Shown here one piece after another: positions 21,301 to 28,872 of a stretch of DNA of 64,000 nt. Location of the stretch: the NCBI GenBank assembly GCA_048882325.1, contig JBHLRS010000007.1:1-64000 (forward strand), written 5' to 3'. Within the stretch, counting starts at the first letter, position 1, and each line of letters begins with the position of its first letter. A program made the position numbers and the translations under genes. Source of the stretch: Candidatus Thorarchaeota archaeon. Lineage in GTDB: Archaea; Asgardarchaeota; Thorarchaeia; Thorarchaeales; Thorarchaeaceae. Below the pieces are notes generated by a model. The model was not told the DNA's origin and did not search any database. It was given only the letters and a program-made list of their open reading frames with translations.

Positions 21301-22309
21301 ACGATGCATTGATGAAGTTACGAACCATCTCCGGAGGGTCATATCCTGGATATGTGTCAAAGATGTCATCTAAAGTTTCAACAAAGACATTGAATCCAAT
21401 AGCAGTTTTCCATGCAACAAAATCAGCTATGGCTGATTCAAATCCTGGTTCGATGATGATAGTATAGTTGGTACCAGATGCACCACTCCCATTGAATGGC
21501 AAATCTTTGAGTGATATTGGATTGTCAAAAGCCACCTCGATTATAATCTCCGAGTTAATTACAGCATTCTTCTTCATTGGATTATACTGCAGAGGTTTGA
21601 TTGTTAGAAACAATCCCTCTTCCTCCCTCTGTTCAACAATCCGATATTCAACAATTTCTGAATTCAGAAGATTGTTTTGCTCGTAGAAGTCAGGATTGAA
21701 GAAGAGTTTGGAATCTGGCGTAACGTCTTTATAGAGTGCGACCGGTTTTGGACCGGGAACTAAATCAAGATTAGAAACCACTTCAGAAGACAATGTTTGA
21801 ACATTGATACCATTGAAATGGGTATACTCTGGAATTGCCAATAAGAGGTTTCTATATGGCACAACCGGAGATCCATACACACTCGATTGTTGAGTCCCTC
21901 CCATCAGGACTGATTGGAAATCTCCCTCATCAAAGGAATATGTAGCAACACTGTAGCTTTCGATGTCGATTCTGATCGTCAACTTAGATCCTGAAACCTC
22001 GTACACATAATCAAGACCTTTGAAACTCTCCACTCCTTCAATCAAGGAGTGGTGTACTACTGACTTCATTTTATCTTTGTATGCATCCAAGTGAGTCCCA
22101 AAATCAATCGGTTCCACCTCTTCATTCCTTGATGGTGGTCGATAGTCCGAATGGTCAGCTATAGAAACTTCACTCTTATTCTGTGAATTGATGGCTGAAG
22201 TTCCTATAGAAGCTGTATCACTCAAAGGTGCAATACCAAGAAACAGCGAATTCAACATTACAAATAGCGCTAGAATACTCAAGACACATCTCATTCGAGA
22301 ACCGGTCAA
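15380..22309 (-). CDS. Large membrane-anchored C25 (gingipain-like) cysteine peptidase with propeptide, CARDB and Ig-like domains
   Basis: Signal peptide; propeptide GSPVVPY; YVFLIGD, SDLYY, PELMVGRIP; catalytic DHG and AMACET; two HDLS..VxNxGxxxE CARDB repeats; C-terminal TM plus RKRMR. Confidence 0.88.
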   Translation of the reverse strand: MTGSRMRCVLSILALFVMLNSLFLGIAPLSDTASIGTSAINSQNKSEVSIADHSDYRPPSRNEEVEPIDFGTHLDAYKDKMKSVVHHSLIEGVESFKGLDYVYEVSGSKLTIRIDIESYSVATYSFDEGDFQSVLMGGTQQSSVYGSPVVPYRNLLLAIPEYTHFNGINVQTLSSEVVSNLDLVPGPKPVALYKDVTPDSKLFFNPDFYEQNNLLNSEIVEYRIVEQREEEGLFLTIKPLQYNPMKKNAVINSEIIIEVAFDNPISLKDLPFNGSGASGTNYTIIIEPGFESAIADFVAWKTAIGFNVFVETLDDIFDTYPGYDPPEMVRNFINASYTENHTSYVFLIGDGDVVPVREVVDPYWGPGIDNGTEPSDLYYECLDGDWDLNGNHMYGEMNDSVDLFPELMVGRIPVQTYAQAERVLSLIIQYESNPVSGDWMDNFMLIANDCFGYGDGPVMTEDMVNHKYLYDSFFDVSRFYSTDGSLSTSNVVSAINSGVGIIDFFDHGAYDQWTGAMMTSDVMGLSNGNMSMFAFAMACETAAFDFEVGEPVIAEAFFRNPNGGAAAYIGATRVAWASSEAFDGFHNLFWDYFLERAVSEREANPKMAFHQALNYMVTTYDVTSEPTLETVYQAIYFGDPSMNMYWKQNFTSTASKVDIQETVQLNGTLLSYNNVPFANAHAVVTVTDPMGSVATSSPIISNPFGEYSITFNTTNYPGIYNVRTQVADPFDYTGVTSFTVGLVDVTLQLDNDPIYNTFLQFSGTAIADCTGNASLIDSSGTVVQTSTFSVSGGTYSSFLNLTAFGDLRLYIQLDNGTTYGGTELSLRVNRGDILVIADNAGSDWIDYPGGWADDNVGDGANSGDFASALKDEYNITVFYPIYQMAPTISYLREFDAVFVSTGDNIGYPLSGPLSYLLDVLEQYHNEGGHILFEGASILTVLISSEPSRFPNLFHVEYVEYTENLGSLELVKSSHPIMSGMPTNVPLADGLGTVYADVFNPVNGSTHAAAYGGSYVGGTAISGLAPSSGVGGVVFIGFSIDAIEDEATRDLLVTNAAAFLLQPSLIVSMSDDALQTGTTETIYFEVTDAATGAPIKSADISLEGCGITAVNTTLLDGICSISITPTSEGIIEVNVTKGGYLNFTTGIIVYDTPMIALRAEPAFLEPYATQVITIIATDYYELFPLVGCYINATGLGNSVDGYTNSSGMLDLTLTPNDGGQIFVNGTLAGYISSVIGLPVRMSVVVLPSYGTMYPEDFVWDHLMSNWEDYGSMPLDIDYTTFATEDVTLAKLEELDADVLYLGYPIYEYTSAEIEAIQYYTAQGHGLIVSSTAFYMNPEWGSFFGLADDMVMDAQVFSPLIFTLENTSHPLFAGVSNPYSPAFGGTIYPVPSLWDGSVLRGATYLAQDSGGYATILTYRGLVYFSNLPEFMGNTDDCQLAYNAIVWSEYVIPDHDLSVSLGAPQQSNPNEEVLLNVTVYNMGLNDEVDVTAKLFIDEVEVDSLFVPLFENGTTATFQYSWTPVVETIYNVTAVVEPVAGEYSYLNNIHSQMVNIKFLKDYLMVEGAYNWYDAVTNGENLYVSGDDTYVTVPLPFSFPYYDDVFDMVYVSSNGWMSFTYPSPYEFVNPEFPSSDPMHAYCMAPLWDDLQASNNIYLWTTPDRVVIQFNEYEYLGGSDIGTFQVVLHAGGLIEFNYLILYTIYDATVGLNHGDGIHYNSYPADTMDGFSEFGIQFTYETPEHDLSASLSAPERVWLDVPVEITATVVNTGNNTESNFYLRLFIDGSQVESLYIASLAPFHSESIVYEWTPTSVRVYNLTAAVDVVLGEYSTTNNVRTRLVEVEAPREFNILTPSESEIVSGGTVHLEYSAVSPDEIYYIEVYVNDDYITDVFYTGYQEFMVPVFQNGTNEISIVAYWYDMASAYASVTFESVDVVPILTPVPGDYYNYMESYGQYQYARNFTFNDMISDFVVEVDAVYVYYDSGVPVDTMYTTMHVNILNGYIEYDLVGMMGMHLFFMTCMDSPVTTGELPEIGDPIVMEAWFNMYYISSYTIWNGYAVWTLTQLGSGDQVTVFRSNGVLATHSPYGEVVDTSFFPETDTSPPVWLTEPGVIYVEAGEDLEHQFEVYDDTGINGFSVNNSLFRVTQTGLLTNRVALDVGVYMLQLVVTDPFGNQLVGIVTVIVQDTTPPEWIDHYVNVTISLGDVLQLRVLAEDFSGIDHYSVNNTRFTMNNQGWLTSIVQLDEGLYPLLVTVYDIYENMNTMEILIIVEREGGAPPPDIMFLAVLVGVFTVVAITGFAFIFLLRKRMRGGSG

Positions 22310-22457
22310 ATCATTCTCCCCACATTATTATGTAGCGTGCATGCAGAGGATTATTGGTTGTGAAGTCGCTGAAATTGTATCGAGGCTACCCATCCCTTAG
22401 CACGACAGGATGTCTTGGGATTTGAAGACTTATAAAATCAAGGATGAAATACGATTA

Positions 22458-22492
22458 TAAGAAAGAGGGGGAGGCTGGATTAGCCAGCCTTC
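22458..22492 (-). terminator. Hairpin plus pyrimidine tract after the 22494..22853 gene
   Basis: AGGCTGG-N5-CCAGCCT stem (22472-22490), followed on the minus strand by CCCCCTCTTTCTTAT. Confidence 0.55.
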
Positions 22493-22493
22493 T

Positions 22494-22853
22494 TTATTTT
22501 GGTTCAAAATGGACCCTTGTTGGTGGATTCAACAAGTATAGGAAACAGAGCAGACTCAGTACAACACCGGGCCAGTTCTCTCCGATCGCATAGAGGACCA
22601 TTGCCAGAACGTTGAATATAACGGCAATCATCCAGCCACCATAGTCCTGCCTTAGAATAAGAGTATACACCCAGAATCCAATCAGTGCTAGAATTGCACC
22701 AATGAGAGACAGGTCATTTTCCCAATACCAGTATTCAAAGGCACCAATTATCAGGCCTACGATTGATTCAAGTAGAACCAAGTAGGCGGCAACTTTCACT
22801 TCTTGGGGTCTGGCTCCCATAGTACCAGAATCCGCCATCGGAATTTCACTCAT
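22494..22853 (-). CDS. Small 4-TM membrane protein
   Basis: Four hydrophobic segments; RP..V N-terminal and YLLNP.TR.HF C-terminal pattern; GGTGA SD. Confidence 0.75.
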   Translation of the reverse strand: MSEIPMADSGTMGARPQEVKVAAYLVLLESIVGLIIGAFEYWYWENDLSLIGAILALIGFWVYTLILRQDYGGWMIAVIFNVLAMVLYAIGENWPGVVLSLLCFLYLLNPPTRVHFEPK

Positions 22854-22895
22854 GGTGTTTCACCAAAGATTTCAAACCATTCACGATGGGTAATA

Positions 22896-23402
22896 TTACT
22901 CTTTCGTGAGGTCTTCAGTTTCGGTAGAATCCTCATATTCATAGAGAATTGACCAGTTTGGAGCATAGGAAATAGGTTCTAGGTCTCTTGCTTCTAACTC
23001 AAGTGCTTCAGCTTCAGCAACTATTTTCCTGAGTGTATATGATTTGACTCCTTCCCATCGGAGATAGTCATTCAGGTCACTAGAGAACTCTCCCTGATAT
23101 CTGCCGCATCTCCCACTGCAGAACACTTTGACCTCTTCACGAATCTCCAGTGGGCTCTCACACCATTTGCAGACCGCTTCGATTCCATGGGCGTGAATTC
23201 TACCACCAATCAGTTGAACGAAGAGGACTGTGTCATCCAAATTGATAACACCCCACTCTTCATCATTGTTTGTCGTCTTTCTCCAGAGCTTTCTCTCACG
23301 TTTTGGTTTCTTCACTGAAGGTTTGAGTGGCACACTAGGCTTTGGGGGCGCCTCTTCGACTTCACCAAAATCTGATAGTCTGCTTTGGAAGCTCTTCGTC
23401 AT
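22896..23402 (-). CDS. Hypothetical protein with a central Cys cluster (CKWC..CSGRC, putative Zn-binding)
   Basis: Likely ATG at 23402, because the longer ORF overlaps the divergent gene start; acidic C-terminus. Confidence 0.7.
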   Translation of the reverse strand: MTKSFQSRLSDFGEVEEAPPKPSVPLKPSVKKPKRERKLWRKTTNNDEEWGVINLDDTVLFVQLIGGRIHAHGIEAVCKWCESPLEIREEVKVFCSGRCGRYQGEFSSDLNDYLRWEGVKSYTLRKIVAEAEALELEARDLEPISYAPNWSILYEYEDSTETEDLTKE

Positions 23403-23573
23403 GCTAGTCTGTATGATGGGGGATAGATAAACTCCTGTTAATTTTGCACAAACTTTTTTTGACAGCTGACATGTCTGAATATCAGCGTGGTCAGAGGAAG
23501 AACTGGAATTCACCTTGGATTCTTCCAGTGATTGACTAAGACAGCATGATATACAGAGTCCACGTGGGAAGGG

Positions 23574-25739
23574 ATGGAAATGACTCAAAGACAATATGTG
23601 ATTCTTCTTTCACTGTGTTTTATCTGGATTATAAGCTTCTCTGCAATCACACCTCTGGAGAGAGTTGATGAGTTAGAATGTGTTCCTCTTGAGATGTTTG
23701 ACCAAACCCATAGTTTCAGTGCAATCGACTATTCGGCTCTGTGGAACAGCACCTATGGAGGATTTGATAATGACCGACTGTATGATCTTATCCATTGTGA
23801 AGATGGTGGCTATGCAGCAGTGGGCAGTACTGAGAGCTTTGGAACCACTGATAGAGATACGTGGGTGGTCAGAACAGACGAAGATGGAACTGTCCTATGG
23901 ACAAAGAATCTGGGATATAACGGATCTGATGATCAAGGGAATTCCATTTACGAATGTCTGAATGGTGATTTTGTCATTGCAGGACAATATGCAACTGCAG
24001 GAGGTTCAAATGGGTATGTGGTACGGGTTAGTGGAACAGGAGTTCTTCAGTGGACTTATGAAATAGGTATAAGCTCTTCATCTGAAACTTTTAGAGACAT
24101 AATTGAAGCAAACAATGGCGTTATCATCGCCATAGGACAAACAGACAATTGGGGCGCAGGTTTGAATGATGTGCTTGTAGTATCTGTGAGTCCATCAGGA
24201 TCACCCATCTGGACAAGAACATATGGCGGCGGAAATTCAGACACTGGATATTCTATTGTTGAAAGCACAGATGGTGGATATGCATTACTCGCGAATACAT
24301 TTAGCTATGGTGCTGGTGATGCAGACTTCTGGTTAGTTCGTATAGATGGAAATGGAAATCCTAAATGGAATCAAACATATGGAGGTGGGTTCCGTGAAAG
24401 TGGATACGATATCATTCAGGATACTTATGGCGGGTATGTTATGGCTGGTCAGACGAAGAGTTTCGGGGACCCGCAAGGCGACTTCTATGTAGTCAGAGTC
24501 AATTCAGATGGAACTCTTGTTTGGGACGAGTTCTATGTAGGATCAGGAGAGGACTTTGCTACGGGAATAGTTCAAGCCTATCGTGGTGGTTACGCTATTG
24601 TTGGCATTTCGGATTACATTGGTATAAATCCCCAAACCAGAATAACACGAATTGAACCAGATAACACAGAAACTTGGTCTTCATGGTATGGAGGTTCTGA
24701 TGTTGATTATGGATATGAACTCGTGGAGATTTATCCTGAAGAGTATGTAGTAGCTGGGACGAGTAGAACCTATGGAGCCGGGAATTTTGATGGATGGATA
24801 TTTCTCATACCAGGAGAGCCAAGGCTTATTGATTCTCCAATCGATCAATTCTTTGAATTTGGAGATATTCCAAGTGTTGAACTTCAAGTTCGGTCATCAA
24901 GTCCGCTTCATACATGGTGGATAGAAGATACAACAGTGTTTGATATAACAAGAGTTGGAGATTCTCTTTATATTTACACATTATCGACTCCTGATGTTGG
25001 ATTCTATGAAATATGGGTACATGTCAATAACACCGCAGGTCATGAAAAAGAACATATCTTCTGGATTTATGTGGATGATACAACAGCACCTCATTGGACA
25101 GACTTTACTGCTGTGCACACATTGGAGTTTGGTGACCAGTTCCAGTATACACCTCAGGTAGCAGACTTGTCACTATTGGGTGATTGGTTCCTTACTGGAT
25201 CTTCCTACTTCACCATTGATATCAGCCGCGGGGAGATTACAAATAGTGGCTCACCACTAGTCGGTGAGTACAATCTGGAAATTCAAGTCAATGATATGTA
25301 TCACAATTCACTGTTTGATGATTTGCAGATTGTGGTCCAAGACACAGTCGCTCCCGTTTGGGACCAAACCCCTCAGGACCAAGAGATGATTTATGGAACT
25401 CAATTTGTATATGATCTGAATGCATCAGACCTGGCTGGTCTTTCTTCGTGGTGGGTTGACAATCAAGAGTTCTCGGTTGATAGTGTGGGGCGTGTTAGAA
25501 ACTTAGTAACACTTGCACCGGGAGACCATACTGTGACAGTGTACGTTAGTGACAATAATGACAACATCCAGCATGCGACATTCACAATTCATGTTGGAAG
25601 TCCATTTATCACTGAACCTAGCGGAACACCAAGCATCATTGATTCTGCAATATTATTTGGGGCTGGTGTAATCGCGACTACAGCTGTCGCTGCAGTTGTC
25701 TGTGCTTTAGGACGTCGAAAACCATCAGGATCAAAGTAG
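23574..25739 (+). CDS. Secreted, membrane-anchored 7-bladed beta-propeller protein with Ig/cadherin-like repeats
   Basis: Seven WxxxYGG-type blades (DGGY..G.T.SFG.G..D.W.V); three DTTAPxW-type beta modules; C-terminal TM plus RRK. Confidence 0.85.
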   Translation: MEMTQRQYVILLSLCFIWIISFSAITPLERVDELECVPLEMFDQTHSFSAIDYSALWNSTYGGFDNDRLYDLIHCEDGGYAAVGSTESFGTTDRDTWVVRTDEDGTVLWTKNLGYNGSDDQGNSIYECLNGDFVIAGQYATAGGSNGYVVRVSGTGVLQWTYEIGISSSSETFRDIIEANNGVIIAIGQTDNWGAGLNDVLVVSVSPSGSPIWTRTYGGGNSDTGYSIVESTDGGYALLANTFSYGAGDADFWLVRIDGNGNPKWNQTYGGGFRESGYDIIQDTYGGYVMAGQTKSFGDPQGDFYVVRVNSDGTLVWDEFYVGSGEDFATGIVQAYRGGYAIVGISDYIGINPQTRITRIEPDNTETWSSWYGGSDVDYGYELVEIYPEEYVVAGTSRTYGAGNFDGWIFLIPGEPRLIDSPIDQFFEFGDIPSVELQVRSSSPLHTWWIEDTTVFDITRVGDSLYIYTLSTPDVGFYEIWVHVNNTAGHEKEHIFWIYVDDTTAPHWTDFTAVHTLEFGDQFQYTPQVADLSLLGDWFLTGSSYFTIDISRGEITNSGSPLVGEYNLEIQVNDMYHNSLFDDLQIVVQDTVAPVWDQTPQDQEMIYGTQFVYDLNASDLAGLSSWWVDNQEFSVDSVGRVRNLVTLAPGDHTVTVYVSDNNDNIQHATFTIHVGSPFITEPSGTPSIIDSAILFGAGVIATTAVAAVVCALGRRKPSGSK

Positions 25740-25807
25740 ATTGATTTCAGTTAATGGGAAGGAATATCAAGAACAGATGTTCCTTTCCAATCTCAGGAGG
25801 TTCGTGT

Positions 25808-26332
25808 TTGCAGTATCTGGATTTGTATTTGTGGCTCATGTTGATCTCGACATTAATGATCTTCGTACTCATCTTCGTATGTTCCGGAATCAAGGTGCTC
25901 AAGGAGTGGGAACGTGCTGTCATACTGAGACTTGGAAAGTACTATGGGGTCCGGGGACCTGGGATTATCTGGAAAACTCCAATCTTAGATAAGATAGCTC
26001 TTCGAGTGTCACTAAGAGAACAATCAACTGAAATTGACACTGGCAAGTACATCAGCTCAGACGGTTCAACTCGGCGATTGAAGGGCATTGTAGTTTGGAG
26101 GATTATAGATATTGAAAGATACGCACTCCGACTTCAGGATCACGAAAGAACAGTGCACTCAACCATTCATCATCATGTCAGTAAGGTTGCCGAGTCGATG
26201 ACGAGTGATGCGGTATTCAGTGATACAGACGATCTTGCTTTTAGAGTCAGAGCAGCTCTAGAACCCACCTTCGAGAGTTGGGGGCTGAAAGTGGTCAAAG
26301 TTGACCTTCGAATAGCACCAGACTGGGAATGA
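25808..26332 (+). CDS. SPFH/Band-7 (stomatin-like) protein
   Basis: N-terminal TM; KEWERAVILRLGK..RGPGI; WGLKVVKVDL. Likely TTG start at 25808 after GGAGG. Confidence 0.88.
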   Translation: MQYLDLYLWLMLISTLMIFVLIFVCSGIKVLKEWERAVILRLGKYYGVRGPGIIWKTPILDKIALRVSLREQSTEIDTGKYISSDGSTRRLKGIVVWRIIDIERYALRLQDHERTVHSTIHHHVSKVAESMTSDAVFSDTDDLAFRVRAALEPTFESWGLKVVKVDLRIAPDWE

Positions 26333-26335
26333 CGT

Positions 26336-26361
26336 AGGGTTAGAAAGTTAACCCTGTTTTT
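26336..26361 (+). terminator. Hairpin plus T-tract after the SPFH gene
   Basis: AGGGTTA-GAAAGT-TAACCCT followed by GTTTTT. Confidence 0.6.
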
Positions 26362-26575
26362 GCCCCTCCTGAAAGGACTTCTTCTAGCAATATTTTAGAG
26401 CCCATACCCAGTTTCTGGAACACGAAAAATGCTTGATTAAATCCAAAATTCCTGACGTCATATACTCAATTTCTGGATATGGAAAATGGCTGATAATCTA
26501 CCGACAACAAAACTACATAAGACTACAATCGGGCAGCGGATGTACACATGGTTTTCGCTTTCGCGAGGGAAATAC

Positions 26576-28822
26576 ATGATTAGAAAAACAATCACTTTCT
26601 TGTTTGTCGTTTTGATGGTGTCATCAATCTTCATGACCCCTCAGTCGACAAACATCAGCACGCTTGAGATCACACCTGAGAAAAATAATCTGGTAGCTGA
26701 AACGGATCTGAGTAGAGTCACTTTGGAAGCTGATATAGCTCCTAACGGAGATTTTGAAACTTGGTCCGTACCATATTATCCCACTTATGTATATACAACG
26801 AGAACGACTGAAGAGTCAACATGGATTGAAACGGTGATCGTCAATGAAGGTTCAAAGGCTGTTGGCATGCAAGCTCGTTCACTTGATGGTTACTTTGAGT
26901 CAGAAGTTCGTCTGACTCAGCAATCTTGGGTGTACTGGAGCAACCCGGTAAATGCAACAATTGACCTCGATTGGTACCTCGATGAAATTGGTACGCCTTT
27001 GAATTCAGATTACTTCCGAATGCAAGTTAGGATGAGTGGTCGGAACATCTACTATTATCTTGGATGTGATACAACATCTACTAACGTTTCATATGCCGGG
27101 TTCATTAATGTAGATGGACCGATAAAGGCATGGAATCATCTCCATAGAAACCTGACAAGTGACTACTTCGATGTGTTCGGTCTCTATCCAACGCAATTCG
27201 AATTGATCTACTGGTGGGTCTACTCAGAAACGACGGAATATACACGGGCCTATATGGATGACGTGAACCTTGTCAATGGAACATACGTTCATGTTGGTGG
27301 GTCCACACTCAATGGAAACTTTGAAGGCAGTGGAGGATGGACATACCAGAGCGACACTGATCCAGCTGACATCTCTCAGAGTTCAACGAGTCATGGGGGG
27401 AATTGGAGCATGAACATGACTTCAATCTCATACGACTATTCTGCTCGTGCTACGGCTCAGATATATTTCGGTAAAAGACTCTCACCAGACAATCAAGGTT
27501 TGTTTTCATTCTTTTGGCGGATAGATGATTGGGTGAATCCAACCACGAACACCATAGCTGAAGTGAGGGTGGCGGTTTCAAACACAACCACAAGCCTGAC
27601 AATGCACTATTACCTCTGTGTTGGTGGGGCTGGAACACTACCGATAATCCTCTTCGGAGATGATATGAAATTCCAAGTCATTGATTTCAATTTGACTGAT
27701 ACATGGAACTATTTCGACCGTAACATCTGGGAGGACTTTCACACATATAGTAACTCACATGACCTCTATCTAGATAGTATATCGTTCTATGTAACTACGA
27801 ACGACCCAGATAGTCGATTGTCAGTTTTGTTTGACGACATGACCTTCACGTCTGTCCTCGTTACTGACACGGACTATGAAACACAGGGTGCAATTGGAAC
27901 TCCAATAGAGGGGTGGACAGAACCAGTAGGCTATGACACGTTCACTGTCACTGATTTTGCCGCTAATGGAATCAAAGCTGGAAACCTGACTCTTGAAGAT
28001 AGCCAGGACTTCTATGCAGACCAGTCATTTGGCAAACTAAAGTTTGATTCTACAACAGAGATTATCTTTGATTTCAATTTGTATCTGGACCAGTTCAACG
28101 AAACTGCGGATGACGACTTTCTACTCTTTGAGTTTACATTTGGAGATGGTGAGGAACTAACGTACATCATTGCCAATGCAAGTTCAACTTTCGAGGAATG
28201 GATATCTGAAACATCAAATGTCATCTTCCTAGAGGCTGTCACCGAAGACCAATGGTTGAACTACCAAATGGACTTGGTTCATGACTATGAAGCAATAATT
28301 GGGAGTCTACCAGACACAACTCTGGATGATTTCTTTATGATTTCTGTTTCCTCGACTAGTAGCAAGCTGGTTGCTTACATTGATGATCTATATCTCTACT
28401 TTGACCCAGCTCCTGAGATAAGCAATGTCGGACAGACTCCTCTCAATCCAGAGGTTGGAGGATTCACACTGGTATCGGCAACTGTTGTTGATGCCACCAT
28501 CGACTCAGTTGTCTTGAACTATCGAGTTGATACAGGGTCATGGATGACTCTTGATATGGAACAGACTGTTGGTGATTCATTCATTGCGAATATGACTAGT
28601 CTTTCTGAAGGAACATATGAGTACTATATCACTGCAACCGATGCTTTTGGAAAGGCGACTGATGCTTTGAATGACACAGATTACTTCTCATTCAATGTTG
28701 GTGAAGGACCAACTACACCACCGGGTGGTCTGCCGATATTGCCCATTGTGGCTGTCATTGTGATAGCTGCTGTTGGAGTTGTAATTATTCTCTACATGTT
28801 TGTACTCAAGAAAAAAGAATAG
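26576..28822 (+). CDS. Membrane-anchored surface protein with three carbohydrate-binding-module-like beta-sandwich repeats and an Ig-like domain
   Basis: Signal peptide; repeats start NGDFE/NGNFE/DTDYE and end YMDDV/LFDDM/YIDDL; C-terminal TM plus KKKE. Likely ATG at 26576. Confidence 0.78.
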   Translation: MIRKTITFLFVVLMVSSIFMTPQSTNISTLEITPEKNNLVAETDLSRVTLEADIAPNGDFETWSVPYYPTYVYTTRTTEESTWIETVIVNEGSKAVGMQARSLDGYFESEVRLTQQSWVYWSNPVNATIDLDWYLDEIGTPLNSDYFRMQVRMSGRNIYYYLGCDTTSTNVSYAGFINVDGPIKAWNHLHRNLTSDYFDVFGLYPTQFELIYWWVYSETTEYTRAYMDDVNLVNGTYVHVGGSTLNGNFEGSGGWTYQSDTDPADISQSSTSHGGNWSMNMTSISYDYSARATAQIYFGKRLSPDNQGLFSFFWRIDDWVNPTTNTIAEVRVAVSNTTTSLTMHYYLCVGGAGTLPIILFGDDMKFQVIDFNLTDTWNYFDRNIWEDFHTYSNSHDLYLDSISFYVTTNDPDSRLSVLFDDMTFTSVLVTDTDYETQGAIGTPIEGWTEPVGYDTFTVTDFAANGIKAGNLTLEDSQDFYADQSFGKLKFDSTTEIIFDFNLYLDQFNETADDDFLLFEFTFGDGEELTYIIANASSTFEEWISETSNVIFLEAVTEDQWLNYQMDLVHDYEAIIGSLPDTTLDDFFMISVSSTSSKLVAYIDDLYLYFDPAPEISNVGQTPLNPEVGGFTLVSATVVDATIDSVVLNYRVDTGSWMTLDMEQTVGDSFIANMTSLSEGTYEYYITATDAFGKATDALNDTDYFSFNVGEGPTTPPGGLPILPIVAVIVIAAVGVVIILYMFVLKKKE

Positions 28823-28830
28823 ATAAAACA

Positions 28831-28866
28831 GAGCCCAGTCTCGATGACTGGGACTCCATTCTTTTT
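28831..28866 (+). terminator. Hairpin terminator between convergent genes
   Basis: CCCAGTC-TCGAT-GACTGGG stem followed by CATTCTTTTT. Confidence 0.6.
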
Positions 28867-28872
28867 AACCGA

